From Octopus sinensis (lineage: Eukaryota): a DNA stretch of 64,000 bases. The position numbers and the translations under genes are program-made. Numbering within the stretch: position 1 is the stretch's first letter; every line of letters starts with the position of its first letter. Below are positions 1 to 13,426 of the stretch, piece after piece. The notes beneath the pieces were generated by a model. The model searched no databases, had not been told where the DNA came from, and was given only the letters and a program-made list of their open reading frames with translations. The DNA lies in assembly GCF_006345805.1 (NCBI RefSeq), contig NC_043000.1, forward strand, positions 105,462,001 to 105,526,000, written 5' to 3'.

Positions 1-674
1 ACTCTCTACCAATTCTGACAAACTAGCGCCATGATCAAGCATACTTTTGAGAGAAGGTGTTTTATCTATGACCACCTCAATAATTTGCACATAATGTATG
101 TATACCTACGGAGTAGACATACAAGTCAATTTTAACCATTTCTCGGTAGATTGAAAAACATATGAACAACTTTAATCGATTTTCGACTCTTATTGGGGGT
201 CTCATCAGAAATGTCTGCAACAATTGACCAAGCACATAGAAATGAGTAGCCATTCTGTTTATATACACATCAAATCTAGTAACTAGGGAGAATTGGAGCT
301 ACTAATTTGCTTAACATTATTGTTTAACACTATATTTAATATCAGTGGCCTGTCAACGGGAAACCCAGTCTACACAGTATCAGGACATGATGTAATATAT
401 ATATAAACCTACGTAGGCGACATACAAACATGTCGATTTTACCTATTTGTCTGTAGATTGAAAAACATGAAGAACTGCCTGAATCGATTTATGACTACAT
501 TATTCAATTTGCTCTTATTTTTTTAACACAGGAATATGGTGGGGAGGAGAAGCGGCTTTTTTTTTTATAGGCTATCGGAAAATAAGATGAAATGGTTAAG
601 TTTGGAATGCTTTTGATCATGGATATCTGCTATTTCGAGTTCAATCTAAGGCTAAAACAAAAGACCGCTACTAT

Positions 675-995
675 ATGGCGGCTTGATCTGCTAGAAATCG
701 CAAGCAAATTTCATTCAAATTACACCCTTCCAATCGTTTTGAAAAAGGAGAGACACATTATACACTATATCTATAAATACACTAAGTCCGAAAGACAAGA
801 TGTTCACAGTTGGAGGGTCTTTGATTATTTGTTTGGTGTTAAGCTATATTGATTCCTTAACAACAATAATAGCAATATGGATTTCTTAACTCAATATAAG
901 AAATCATTATTGTTGTTGTTATTTAACCCCAGGTCATCTGTGATTAAGTAGGCATACAATGAAAAGCTTTCTAGCTGTGACCATCCCATTTTTTC
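675..995. repeat. Two tail-to-tail copies of an old interspersed repeat (family C, probable SINE with AAC tail)
   Basis: ctgctagaaat...caaatt...aacaacaat (+, ~675-870) and ttgttgtt..aaccccaggtca..gtgaccatccc (-, ~908-995). The same motifs recur more than 10 times in the window. Confidence 0.55.
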
Positions 996-1439
996 TGTGA
1001 TTGTACTGGTAGTAATGGTGGTGGTTTTAGAAGCGGATGTGACAATAATGATGGAGGTAATAGTGGTAGTTGCTGTAGTGGTTGTGGTCGGGATGGTGGT
1101 AATGGTGGGTGTATGGCTGAGGTGGTGTTGGTGTTAGTGGTGGAGGTTTCTTTTTATGTTCGAATACTAGTGATGATGGTTGTGGTTGTTGTGATTCTAG
1201 TGACAGTAGTGCTAGACTTTGTGGTCGTGATGTAAGAGACGGTGGTGATGGGTTGTAAGAACTTATTTGTAGAGGATTGTAAAAGCATTAGAGGTTGTAG
1301 TAATGGTTACAGTAGTGGTGTTGATAGTGGTAGTGGAGGTGGTGGTGATGGTGGCAATGGTAACGATGGTGGTATTTTAAAATCAAGGAGAAAACCAGCT
1401 GTGGCGGCGGCAGTGATGGTGATGAGGGTTAATGAGGTG

Positions 1440-2010
1440 CACAAACAAAGAAATACAACCAGAAATGGGAGGCCTTCACTAGCACAACCAAAAAGCTCCA
1501 CCAGACTGATTTTACTAAAAACCAATTCGAACATTTGCAATAAGTTAAAAGTAAATTCCAGCATGACCTAAGAATGTTCAATCTTTTAGTAAATAAATGA
1601 TTCCTGAAGAACTTTTAAGAAACCTATCCGACTCCCAGCTCCTCCGTTTTTCCCAACGATCAAAATAAATAATCTCTGTCACTTTTCTTTCTCCGACCAC
1701 CATGGCCGTGCTCAGAGACGGATTGCGTAAATACGCAGGCCTAGAGTCGCTTTTAGAGCTAGGATACCTTCTCAACAATCTCGAGTAACTAAATATAGAT
1801 GTGGTAGTCATCAATGTAGCTAGGATTTCCAAGACGCACATACTCTCACCTGTCTTCGACGGTTTTGGGGTGAAATCATTTTATGGTCGATCAGAATCGG
1901 ATACTGGAATGGCTGTGCTGATTTGGAAAAGCTCAAATATCGATGTACAGACGATTTTCCTGAACTCAATAACGCTGGTCCTGAATGAAGCAGGGCGCTC
2001 ATCATTTTTC
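1440..2010 (+). mobile_element. Degenerate Tx1/L1-like LINE fragment (start of ORF2, APE endonuclease)
   Basis: MAVLR..(C)VN..GL...GYLLNNLE*LNIDVVVIN...GMAVLIWK resembles the APE N-terminus (NxRGL, DV..I.E, GVAVL). Carries a stop and a frameshift. Confidence 0.5.
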
Positions 2011-2243
2011 AAGCAATACAAGATTTCTTATACCATTATACGGTACATAATCATAATCAGTAGCACTGTTATGTGCGTTAGTCACTCCACCAAAATTACA
2101 TTGCCAAAATTTGTACTAGAATTATAGACGTCACTTAGTCCCCCATGTACGCCAAAATTATTATATTGTTTAATATTGTTATTACTATTGCATCAGTTGT
2201 AATTATTACCATAACCATTACAAGTATTCACACCAATATATCC

Positions 2244-2246
<3 letters not shown>

Positions 2247-2321
<75 letters not shown>
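2247..2321. repeat. (ATT)n microsatellite
   Basis: Direct reading. Confidence 0.95.
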
Positions 2322-2329
2322 GTTGTAAT

Positions 2330-2527
2330 AATCATTAGCACACTGGACGAAGTGCTTAGCGGTATTTCGCCCGTCGCTATGTTTCGGATTCAAATTCCGC
2401 TGAGGTCAACTTTGCTTTTCATCCTTTCGGGGTCGATAAATTAAGTACCAGTGAAACACTGGGGTCGATGTAATCGACTCATCCCATCCCCCAAAATTTC
2501 AGGATTTGTCTCTATAATAGAAAGGAT
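2330..2527 (+). mobile_element. tRNA-derived SINE, family A
   Basis: B-box-like ttcaaattcc, core gtcaactttgcttttcatcctttcggggtcgataaattaagtaccag, 3' end tataatagaaagg + (ATT) tail. Confidence 0.85.
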
Positions 2528-2800
2528 TATTATTGTTATTTACTTTTAATCTGCAAGTTTGTTGCAATCACTTGCCGAGACACACCCAGCGTCCTAGGGT
2601 AAGTGAAGGATAAGAGATGTTAAAGTATAACTGAACGTTTGTGGATAAGTAGCAGAGGCAGTAGCGAAATATATTCATGTAATACAACACAAACATTTAA
2701 ATTAATAGGGTTTTTCTAATGATGTGAGCAGTACTTGTCAGCACAATCTTTTGGATTTTTCTGAGACAGGTCTTAATAGTGTCAAAGATATTCTGTATAG

Positions 2801-2945
2801 AGGCGCAAGAGCGACTGTGAGGTTAAAAATCTTGCTTTCCACCTCCGTGATCTTGGGTTTAGTTCTCAACGGTACCTTAGGCAAGTATCTCCTCAGGCCG
2901 AGAATAGCATTTACATTGAATTTGTAAGACGGAAACTGGAGGAGT
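2801..2945 (+). mobile_element. SINE family B head (tRNA-like region + CORE-like ccttaggcaagt)
   Basis: ggcgcaagagcgactgtg..ggtaccttaggcaagt..gacggaaactg; related to 59505-59870. Confidence 0.55.
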
Positions 2946-3589
2946 GTCAAACGTCATGACTGGCACCTGCTAACACCCGGCATACAAAAATGTTCTCTCA
3001 CTATGAACGAGGTTGCTAAGTTTGACATCTTTAGAGTAGGAACGCCTTTAACTGTTTCTTTCATTTACAACCTCCTTCTACTACCCTCGTTGTTTGACAG
3101 TTCGTAGTTCCACTCATTTACATTTCTCAAATGTTGATAATTCTTATTAGAAATTTCATTTGTTGATGAGCTGCTGGTTAATCAACGTGTCTCTGCTCAC
3201 TTGTTTATTTGGTGAGTTTGATAAACTGCATAACGTATTGCATAATTTTGTGGACGTTGTGCATACGGCACACCGGACTGTACTTTGCTTGTGTCACAAT
3301 AAAAACTTTTAACGAAACAATTGTAGCATGGCCAAATAACCCATTCGTCTATTTTTATTGCTTTTACGCCACCCTTAAGGTTTCATTCATCGCTTAATAA
3401 TTTGGAATACAATTGAAGTTCTGAATTACCTAACAACAATGAACTTCCATTTATTGATAATGGATTAACTGTCAGTTTTGCATCATTATGTCTGGTTAAC
3501 TTCTGGCGTGTTTCACTTAGATATGCGTCGATCATTTATGGATCCCCTCGTGATCATATATACATACATACATATATGTGTGTGTGTGT

Positions 3590-3635
<46 letters not shown>

Positions 3636-3667
3636 CATACATGCACATGTACATATGTATATGTGAG

Positions 3668-4324
3668 ACTGAAGATGAATGAAATTAAGACGGAGTATCT
3701 GGTAGAGAACGTTAAGAAACCAGAAAAGATTATAAATGAAGGCGGGAAGCCACAAGAGTTGGTTGAGGACATCCTGTAAAAGATTGAGACACAGAGGGTG
3801 ATGAAGTTGGGAGGAGGAGCAAAGCCTGGGTGGCATGCCACACTTTGAGATCTGTATGGAAGTCGGACCTCCGTAAAGACCTGAAGATCCGTCTCTTCGT
3901 TGCTGCAATGGAGTCTGTGCTGTTATACGGGTCTGAGACTTGGACACTGACCAAAAAACTCACTCAGATGATAGATGGATGTTACACGTGAATGCTGAGA
4001 ATGGCTCTGAACATTAATCAGTATACACTGAGGATGAAGAACACAGAGCTGTACGAGAGCCTCCCATAGTTAGCTCAGAAATAACAGAGGAGACTGAGGT
4101 TAGCTGGACATGCTCACCGTCATTCAGAGTTGATACTGCACTCAGTGGTCCTGTGGGAGCCCCTACAAGGACACACTAGAAGAGGGAGACCGAGGATGAC
4201 ATATGTTGATGCCCTAAGGACAGACAGTGGTCTCTGGGAGACACAGGAGATGGCATAGATGATGAAAGACAAAAACCGTTGGAGAGAACTCGTCCATGGA
4301 TCTCGGGAATTTTACCCGCTCTAG
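3668..4324 (+). mobile_element. 5'-truncated RTE/RTEX-type LINE, RT C-terminal region
   Basis: KIRLFVAAMESVLLYGSETWTLTKK..IDGCYT*MLRMALN..RLRLAGHAHRH..LWEPLQGHTRRGRPRMTYVD..RWRELV; several stops and frameshifts. Confidence 0.85.
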
Positions 4325-4556
4325 ACATATATATAGGGAGAGAGAAGGAAGGGGAGAAAGAGACAGAGAGATAGAGAGACAGGCAGAGTCGAAGGCGGAG
4401 AGAAGGGCTGGTCTATCCATAGTTAATTAAAGAGACTGATAGCAGGATAATTATATCGGTCAATGAATAGACACACAGCTAGGCAGACAGAAAGACTGAC
4501 GGACAGAAAAATATATGAATGTGTGTGTGTGTGTGTGTGTGTGTTGTGTGTGTGTG

Positions 4557-4638
<82 letters not shown>

Positions 4639-5001
4639 CGAGAGAGAGAAAGAAAAATAGAGAGGTCTTTTGCATTGTTTGCCAGGAGAATTTTAGATGA
4701 AAATAGTGAATGGAGTTACGAAACTTTTGTCATTTGATTATCTGGAGATTTTATTTAAAGCCCTACCGTATTGAATTCACGGCTTTATTCTTTCCTTCAA
4801 TTAATTATATCAAAGTCTTCCGTTTCACACCTACGATTAACTCATTGATGTCCTCTACCTTTGATATATAATTCTGTTCAAAGAAGTAAGATGAATCGCG
4901 TTGGTGCTATTAACAGAAAGAAAGGAAAGATAAATGAAAGAATTCTAATAGAAAGGTACGCTTAATAAATGGCTAACAATCAATGTTATAGTGAACGATT
5001 A

Positions 5002-5041
<40 letters not shown>

Positions 5042-5138
5042 TATATATTATATATATATATATATATATATGAGTGCGTGAATGTATGAGTGCATGAGTG
5101 TGTGTGTAGTGTGTCTGTGAGAGAGATAGCATTGCTCA

Positions 5139-5205
<67 letters not shown>

Positions 5206-5624
5206 ATATCGCTTGGCTTGAGCCTTCAACTCCTTGATGAATTCATAGGAGCATCGTAGTGACATCCGACGTTATCTTGTACATTTTAAAACTTGGCAGA
5301 GCCTATCCCTAGCCAGGTCTGAACACAGCTGATTTCTTCCAGAAATATAGGACAGATGTAATAAATAATTATTGAACAGTAATCTGAACTTCCGGTGTTG
5401 GATATCGGTAATAAAATCAAGGTAAGAGACGTAATTCATTATATATTAATATCGATTCTTAAGGGTTTTAGTTATTTCGTTTGGACTGGTTACAAATGAT
5501 CAACTTGAAGAACTTATTAAACATGAGTTGTTGGAGTTTCCAAATAAACTGACATAATAAAAGGATAATTTACATAGTGAAAATGTTAAAACGGTGAAGC
5601 AATAAAAGTATAAAGTATATAAAT

Positions 5625-5823
5625 GGCGAGTTGGCAGAAACGTTAGCATGCCGGGCGAAATGCTTAGTGGTATTTCGTCTGTCTTTACGTTCTGAGTTCA
5701 TATTCCGCTGCGGTCGACTTTGCCTTTCGGAGTCAATAAATTAAGTTCCAGTTGTATACTGGAGTCGATCTAATCGACTGGCTCCTCCCTAAACTTCGGA
5801 CCTTGTGCCTAGAGTAGAAAAGA
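5625..5823 (+). mobile_element. tRNA-derived SINE, family A, near full length
   Basis: A-box tggcagaaacgttag, B-box-like gagttcatattcc, core gtcgactttgcctttc, end cttgtgcctagagtagaaaag. Confidence 0.88.
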
Positions 5824-5871
5824 AAAGAATAAAAGCATAAAGGCTTAAGAGACAATATTTATCGTTTACAT

Positions 5872-6045
5872 ATTTCAGTCATCGGAGCGCGGCCGTGCTG
5901 TCCAATGCGGCCATATAGAATATATTTAAGTCGAGTACTTATACAATCGGCCACTTTTCCTGAACAGTTAAGTTACAGGAACGTAAACAAACCAACACTG
6001 ATTGTCGAGCGGCATTAGGACAAACACACGTACACACACACACAC
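5872..6045 (-). mobile_element. SINE family B body, degenerate
   Basis: Collinear similarity with 55645-55960 (aagttac.ggacgtaaaca.accaaca..ttgtc.agcg) followed by a (CA)n tract. Confidence 0.65.
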
Positions 6046-6124
6046 GGCGTGGCTGCGTGGTAAGAAGCTTGGACATTTTGGGACATCGGCGGCGGTGGCG
6101 GCGGTCCCGCCGTCGTCGTTGTCC

Positions 6125-7780
6125 TGCGTTCTTTCAAGGTCCAGATGTAACTGAATAGTTTGTTACATTCTCCTTTTCCACATTTCAGAGCGAGAATGTA
6201 TCATTGAGGTAGCTCTGTTGAAATTTACCTTCCACCATATTTGCATAGTGTTTACGTACGGTTTTTAGACTTGGTTTGATGGAAGTGACTTCTGTTCCGC
6301 AGATAATAGCCTAAGTGCTGCATTAAGAAGGCATACATTTTTATACATTTAGTGTCAGTTATTTTATGGGAATTAATTGGCATTAAGATTTTCATATTGG
6401 TGGTGCAGCTGTAACGCAGTCTTTTTCTTTTATGCATTTCATCCCAAAACCTGTAGCCATGCTGGGGTTGAATAATTTTCAGTACTGGTGATTAATGCAG
6501 AAATATTTACTTTTCAATGCTAAGACATGTTCATTTCCGTTAGCGTTCACTTTTAAGAAAAAAAGATGTGGATCAAATGATTCACGTCTACAACACAGTC
6601 GTGTTGTAGGGAACATTGTGAAAATTTTATTCGTTGACAGGTCAGAGAATCTTTTTATGAAAAGTGTGTATGAATAACAGGATTGTATGTTAATATACAT
6701 GCGAGATTTTCGTTAGATTTTCTTCGTGTTTTGTGTTAATCTGTAATTAAAAAGTGTCACATCTAAGAAATTTACAATATTTAATTTATTAGTAATAGTT
6801 ATTATTAGGCTGAAATTATTGAAGGTATTAATCAGATGTTTTTTCAGTATGTCGATGTCCGTTGATGCGCTGGAATATAGTCAACGAAGTATCTTTGTTT
6901 AAGCCTATAACTATAGAGATTAGTTTTCTTTTTGAGTGTATCAAGAATATACAGACCAATAAAATTACATATATCTGCGCAGCCAAAAATCTCTGTGCTG
7001 ATATCAACGTAGTTTTCTCTTAAACCCCAGCAGAATCTTTATTTTAAAAATTAGTCTTTTACTAGCTTGCATATTGATATCTATATCATTGTCACTCATA
7101 TTGTGATATAGGCACTTAACGGTAAAGATTTCCAGCATGAGGGATTAAATGCTATAATATAGAACTGGGTAAATCTTTATTGTTAACGTTAACAAGTACG
7201 CTGACAGTATTAATGTTATTACATTTATTGAAGATTTATTACTTATTTAACTGAAAACTTACTGTTGCTGGAGATTTTGTGGCAAGTTAACCTGATCTCT
7301 GTATTCATATGATTGATTACTCTGCATTTAGGATTGGAGACAATATTCTCTATTCTCCGTCTGCCCTTTAATTGTGATATGTGCTTTGTGTTTAGCTAAT
7401 CATTCTAATTTATTGTCTATTTAAGTTCATGGGCTGTTTTTGTTTCAATATTTATATAATTGCGTGCGCACGTGTCTTTTAATTGATTTGCGATGCAATA
7501 TTCTTATTTAGGGAGTGGTTAAACATATTGTTTTCTGCTTCATAAAGAGGATTTTGTTTTATCTGAGAATATGAGTGTTTTGTATATATTTTCTTTTATT
7601 TCTTAATATTAGAGTTATGTTTGTTTTGGGTGTGTTGTTGTACATGCGAAAATCGATATTGTATATCCAAAAGGTCAAACAGAAATGATTCTTGATCCTT
7701 GTTTCTTGCGTGTCTTTTTATGCCATAATAATAAGTAGATGAGTCGATGATCTCTGAGTCATAGAATAATGCTTATTAAT
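6125..7780 (-). mobile_element. Decayed Penelope-like element (RT + GIY-YIG endonuclease remnant)
   Basis: Minus-strand peptides appear in PLE order: KAHITIKG..NPKCRVINHMNTEI, DISTEIFGCADIC, FLDVTL, YINIQS..IKRFSDLSTNKIF, RYSCTTNMK, EGKFQQSYLNDTFSL. Many disablements. Confidence 0.72.
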
Positions 7781-7969
7781 GTATGAATTTCACTACATAC
7801 TCTGCCTTACCCAATAGCATTTCCATATAGTGCTCATAAGTGCACATATGTATGCATATAGATGAAGACTTACTTTTACTTTTCGTACATGAGGATATAT
7901 AAATACATACACAGATAAATGTATATAAAGTGTATGCATATATATATACATATTTTTCATATATATATG

Positions 7970-8985
7970 GATGCTAAAAGACCTTCAACTTGCTAAAGTC
8001 CAGTGAGAATAGTCAAAGCCATAGCTGACCTGACTTCATTGTGGGCCACCATCTTGAAATTAAACACAAAGAGTGACTGTATTATCACCGATAGAATACA
8101 ATATCGCAAAGGCATATTCCAAGGAGACAGCCTCTCTGTTGTTTATACTTTCTGTAAACTCCTTGTCATTCATGTTAAGGAAGTCTGAAGGGTATCTCAC
8201 TGGTTTACAAGGAAACAGAAATACCAAAATTACACACTGTTTCTTTGTGGATGACTTAAAACTTTATGCAAAGAATATGCACGAGATGAAAAAGAGCCTC
8301 AAAGGATGTTGGGTTGGAGTTTGGTCAGGATAAATGTTATATAGTCGTGAAAAGGGAGAAAACTATAAACCAGACTAGTAACATCTCCGTCAATGATTTG
8401 ACTGTTTCCCCTGTATCTGACGAGGAATGTTACAGGTATCTAGGAGTGGATGAAAATATATCTTACAGTGGCACCTGTTATAAAACACATGTCACTAAAG
8501 AATATTATAGCCGAATAAAGAAAGTTTGGACCTCAGAACTCTCTACATTCAATAAAGCAGTGGCCCACATTGCGTTTGCAGTGCCAGTACTCATACCAAC
8601 ATTTGGGCTGCTTGATTGGGCGCTTGATAAGATCCGAGCCAGTGATGTGAAACCCCGAAAAATACTAACAAGCACATATAATTTCCGCATAAACATTGAT
8701 GTAAACTGCCTCTACCCAAAACGTAAACAAGGCGGCAGAGGCTTAACATCTTTTAACCACCAAGCGTCGAAGTGCATGCCTTGACCAAGTTTGCATATAT
8801 GAAGCTGATAACATCATAAGACTTGGAAGGCAGCTCCTTGAGCAACACTCTGTGTCTGATAGCCTAGAATAGGATGAGCCTATATAAGCAGAATACTATG
8901 CATGGATATGTTAGTAGAAAGTGATGATAGTAGCATCGATAATCTAAGCAGTTTATCATGGACGAATAGCCAGATGATTAATTCC
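7970..8985 (+). mobile_element. R4/Dong-clade non-LTR retrotransposon RT fragment
   Basis: YRKGIFQGDSLS, LFILSVNSLSFML, ITHCFFVDDLKLYA, EFGQDKC, YRYLGVDE, LYPKRKQGGRGL; frameshifted. Confidence 0.88.
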
Positions 8986-8986
8986 C

Positions 8987-9054
<68 letters not shown>

Positions 9055-9589
9055 TAACTGTATTTTATTTTCGATTATTTCAATGTCTTTTATGAAGTTT
9101 CAAGAAGTCTCTTCGTACTTTTGCAACCTGGTTACTGACATAGAGACACAGTTGAATTTTCATTAAGCAGGTCAGACGTATTGGGGAAACGGCCAAGAGG
9201 AAACACCGATAGAGGTACTCTCTTTCCTCGCAGTAAGCAGTGATACTCTCTAGATCCAGCAGCCAGTGACCTTCTCTCGCGCTAGCAGTCATTGGTATTC
9301 ATTCTACGAACAGTCACATTGTATCTCTCATTCACGCAGTTATTTATAGTCTTTTTCTTGAGCCATCGGTGTTTATTTCTCTCCCTCCAACTCTCCCCCT
9401 TCTCTCTCTCTGTCATTCTCGTAATCATACTCGCTATTCTTCCAGCAGTCAACCGTGGGCTGCCTTACTCCAGTGGTTAGCAGTATCCTCTCTCTCTTCT
9501 TTTCTCTCTGTCTATCTATCTATCTCCAGCCTCTTAGTAGTACACTCTCTCTCCAGCTATCTTTCCCTCAAAGTGTTCTCCCGCAAGCT

Positions 9590-9800
9590 ATCTCTCCCTA
9601 CGGCTGTTTTTCCCTCCATCTGCATTCCCTCCAGTTGCCTTTCCCTCCACCTGCATTTCCTTCCACCCCTCCACCTGCCTTTCCCTCCACCTGCCTTTCC
9701 CTCCACCTGCCTTTCCCTCCACCTGCCTCTCCCTCCAGCTGCCTTTCCCTCCAGCAACCTTTCCCTCCAGCTGTCAGTGAAGCATCTCTCTCCAGCTTTC
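9590..9800. repeat. 16-bp minisatellite (CCACCTGCCTTTCCCT)n
   Basis: About 10-12 perfect and degenerate copies. Confidence 0.85.
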
Positions 9801-10562
9801 ACTGGTATTCTCCTTCAACAATCGATACTATACCCTCATCACATCTACTATATTTGTGAACATGGTTGTGTGCATATGCGTGTGTATACTTCTGTGTGTG
9901 TGTGAGAGAGAGAGACAGAGAAGAGAAAGCGCACGCTTACGGGTGACTGTATCTGTGTTTTAATGCGTGAGCGTGTGTTTGAGTGTATGAGTGTATGAGA
10001 AAGTGCATGTATGTGATGCGTACGTGTAAGCCGTGCGTGTGGAAGTGTACGATTGTGCCTCAGTGCATATGCGTGCTTCTCAGTGTGTTCTGTATATATC
10101 TGTGTGTGTGCATGAGTGTTTGTGTGTGTTGATGTTTTTGAGTGAGCGTACGCATGAACATATATGTGAGTGTGAGTGTCTGTGTGTGTATGTGTGTATA
10201 TATATATATAAGTGAATGTATGTCAGTGAAAGTAATTATACTATCAGTGTATGTATGTGTATGATTGTAGATGAGTGTATGCCAGTATGTACGTATGATT
10301 GGGCGTCTTAACGTATATGCAAGTGAATGGCATACGTGTGTATGTATGAATATTGTATGTATGTGTGAGTGTGTATATATGTTTGTGTGTGTGCGCGTGC
10401 GTGTTTCTGCCTTATTTATATGTGTGCGTATACATGTGTCGGTGTGTGCAGTTGTCCCTCGTTCCAATTGATTCCATCTCAAACAGTTTAAATAACGCCA
10501 CTTAACTTCCTGTCCTTGGTTATAAATTAATTTCCTGTTCCTCATTCTGTTTTTTTTATCAG

Positions 10563-10572
10563 AGTAGTAGTA

Positions 10573-10635
<63 letters not shown>

Positions 10636-10711
10636 GTTGTTTGTAATAATAATAATAATAATAACAATAATAATAACAACAATAATAATAATAATAACAA
10701 CAACAACAACA

Positions 10712-10745
<34 letters not shown>
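10563..10745. repeat. Compound (TAG)(TAA)(CAA)(GAT) microsatellite
   Basis: Direct reading. Confidence 0.95.
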
Positions 10746-10750
<5 letters not shown>

Positions 10751-11216
10751 GACAATAGAATGTGGGGTTACACAAAGGGGTGTGTAAAAAAAGAACAGCA
10801 AAATAAATTCGAACAATGAATAATTCCCCAGAAGAGAGAGACTTCCTAGAGCTGCTCGTAGAAACACCACAACAACCATACATACATGCATGCACGCGCA
10901 CACACATACACGCACGCGCACACGCGCACACACACATCCGTTTTGAATTATGGATCCTCAGAAGTATGCAGTACAAGCATAGTGAATAGTAGTTTCATGT
11001 TCTTCTTTGTAACTGTTTTCGATTTTTTTTTTTTCATAAATAGGTCCAATGGCTTGTTATTCCGGACTTTCTACAGTGTGTTGCAATTTATTCGGACAAT
11101 TCAGACAGGGTCCAGACTAAACTATCTGGAGAAGTGGCTGCATGCCGAAGAAACTTTTGAATAACAGGCCTCAGGACTACCTTTAAAATAAAAATAAAAA
11201 ATAAATATTTGTGCGT

Positions 11217-11276
<60 letters not shown>

Positions 11277-11278
11277 TG

Positions 11279-11503
11279 CGAGAGGAGTGCTAAAAAGTTC
11301 CTGGCTTTGGGTGGGTAAAAGAAAATAGGGGAGGATCAGTTAATCATAATTTTATTTAACATATTCCCCTCTCAGATTCACACACTTATTTTAGCGATCC
11401 TTCAATTTTTCTATGCCCGTAAAAGAACTCAGAAGGTCAGGCCTCCAATCAGGCCTCCAATCAGGCCTTTCGGGATACCGCTAAATCTAGGAACTTTCCA
11501 GCA
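11279..11503. mobile_element. Mariner-type MITE
   Basis: Inverted termini gtgctaaaaagttcctggcttt / aaatctaggaactttccagca. Internal 12-bp duplication caggcctccaat. Confidence 0.65.
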
Positions 11504-11813
11504 TGAAAGAAAGAGAAAAGGTTGATAAATATGGAGACCTGAGAATTGAGATTGCTAAGATGTGGCAACTAGAGAGTCAAATATAAAGGTTATCCGTATT
11601 GTCATCGGGGCATTGAGTTCAATACCACCCAATCTGAAAAAAAAACATCTGAAAACTTTTGAAATACTCTACAATCTAGGTGTATTGCAAAAGTCGGCAT
11701 TACTTGGAAATGCACGCATATTGCGTAAAGTAGTGTCTGTCTGAGGTACAAGCCACTGGTAGACACAATATCTTCAATCAACAACCTCGTGATAGTGTAT
11801 TCTGTTTGATGTC

Positions 11814-11870
<57 letters not shown>
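11504..11870 (+). mobile_element. R4/Dong LINE 3' end with (TAA)n tail
   Basis: KEREKVDKYGDLRIEIAKMW..IVIGALSSIP..LQKSALLGNARILRKVVSV*, then a short 3' UTR and (TAA)n. Confidence 0.85.
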
Positions 11871-11871
<1 letters not shown>

Positions 11872-12805
11872 GTATTTTATAAGCTCAAAGCTTATGAGCG
11901 ATCACCGTGTCCCAAGCATATGGGAAACCTATTTTTTTTCCGTCGAGGGCTTATATTCCTCGTTATTAAACTATTTTATTTAGTCATTGCACAATAATCA
12001 CGTAAAAGCTTTATGCTTATAAAATTCTATTATATATATATATATATATATGTATAAACGACACACATAAATCTATATATGCGTATATATGCATATACAT
12101 ACATATAAATAGGGGTACGAAAATATACCCAATGCCTGGAGGTTAAATATTTGTGTTAATCATTTGATGTAGATCTACATTACTTATAGTTACACAGACG
12201 TATTGATATTTGATCTGCAGCCAGATATTATGAAACTCTGAATCACCCAAAATGTATCGTCCACTTATTATATATGCTTCAACAATACAATACATGTTTA
12301 TAGTAAAGGATATATTCATTGAATGGTCACAGCCGGGACGCCTTTATACTTTTCTTTATTTTCATCTATTTTTTAACCATTAATACAGGATAATCTTTAT
12401 TCTAGTATATCTTTTAAGCTAGTAACTTTGCAACCACAGTGGTAATAATATTTTATTTTTCACCAACATTAAACAAATAAAGGAGTAAAAATATCAAATA
12501 TTGATCTGTGTTTTATTGATCGGTGTTTTTATTTTTATTTTATTTCAGTTTTGATCAGTTTTATGGAACAATGAAAAAATATGAAATGGTGCGGCAAAGA
12601 GAAAGTGTGCCAATTTGCAAGAAACTGTCAAAAAGTGTAAATCAATGATCTACTTCCTGAACAGACATCGTCATCAATTTAATTCAGAGAGAAACAACTC
12701 TGATCTTGATAAGTAGTCTGTTGGATCAGGACCAGCTACAGATGCAGAAGGTAATAGTCCTAGAGTGATGGGGCAAATAGTGGGACCACAACTGCCAACT
12801 GAAGC

Positions 12806-12926
<121 letters not shown>

Positions 12927-12930
12927 TAAA

Positions 12931-13366
12931 ATGCCAATCAACACCGATAAAGAAATCAAGGCAAACAAGCCGGACATAATCATCAAAGATAGGAAGTACA
13001 AGAAATGCTTAATGAAAGATGTGACAGTACCATCAGAGAGAAATGTGTCCATTAAAGAAGTTGAGAAGTTATTTAAGTACAAAGACCTAGAAATAGAAGT
13101 GACCAATATGTGAGGAATGAAAAACAGCACAGCACCAGTGGAGATTGGAGCGTTAAGGCTAATTAAAAAGGGCCTTGATAAGCAGCTCAACAAATTCCCT
13201 TGCAGTGTTAACGTGGGAGAACTTCAGAAAACAATGTTGCTGGGTTCCGCACACATTTTACGCCGTGTACTCTCCATGAGATGAGGACCTGCTGTGACCC
13301 TAGGGTCAAGGGATGACCTCGGTTCAGCAGAAGACAACGGACCATATTTCATTTTAAAACAAGAAC

Positions 13367-13397
<31 letters not shown>
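12931..13397 (+). mobile_element. R4/Dong LINE 3' end (restriction-like endonuclease domain) with (TAA)n tail
   Basis: IKANKPDIIIKDR..CLMKDVTVPSERN..KEVEKLFKYKDLEIE..IGAL..LQKTMLLGSAHILRRVLS. PD..D RLE motif present. Confidence 0.88.

Positions 13398-13426
<29 letters not shown>

Noticed and set aside
140-500. Local imperfect duplication (gtagattgaaaaacat..aatcgattt at ~146 and ~453)
   Set aside because: Short, diverged and cut by the window edge; likely part of an unidentified old repeat.
5625-5710. tRNA gene suggested by A/B boxes (also 43629 and others)
   Set aside because: These are SINE heads: no proper cloverleaf, and they continue into the SINE core and tail.
9369-9905. 178-aa Pro/Ser/Leu-rich ORF
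   Set aside because: Product of the pyrimidine-rich 16-bp minisatellite, whose period is not a multiple of 3.
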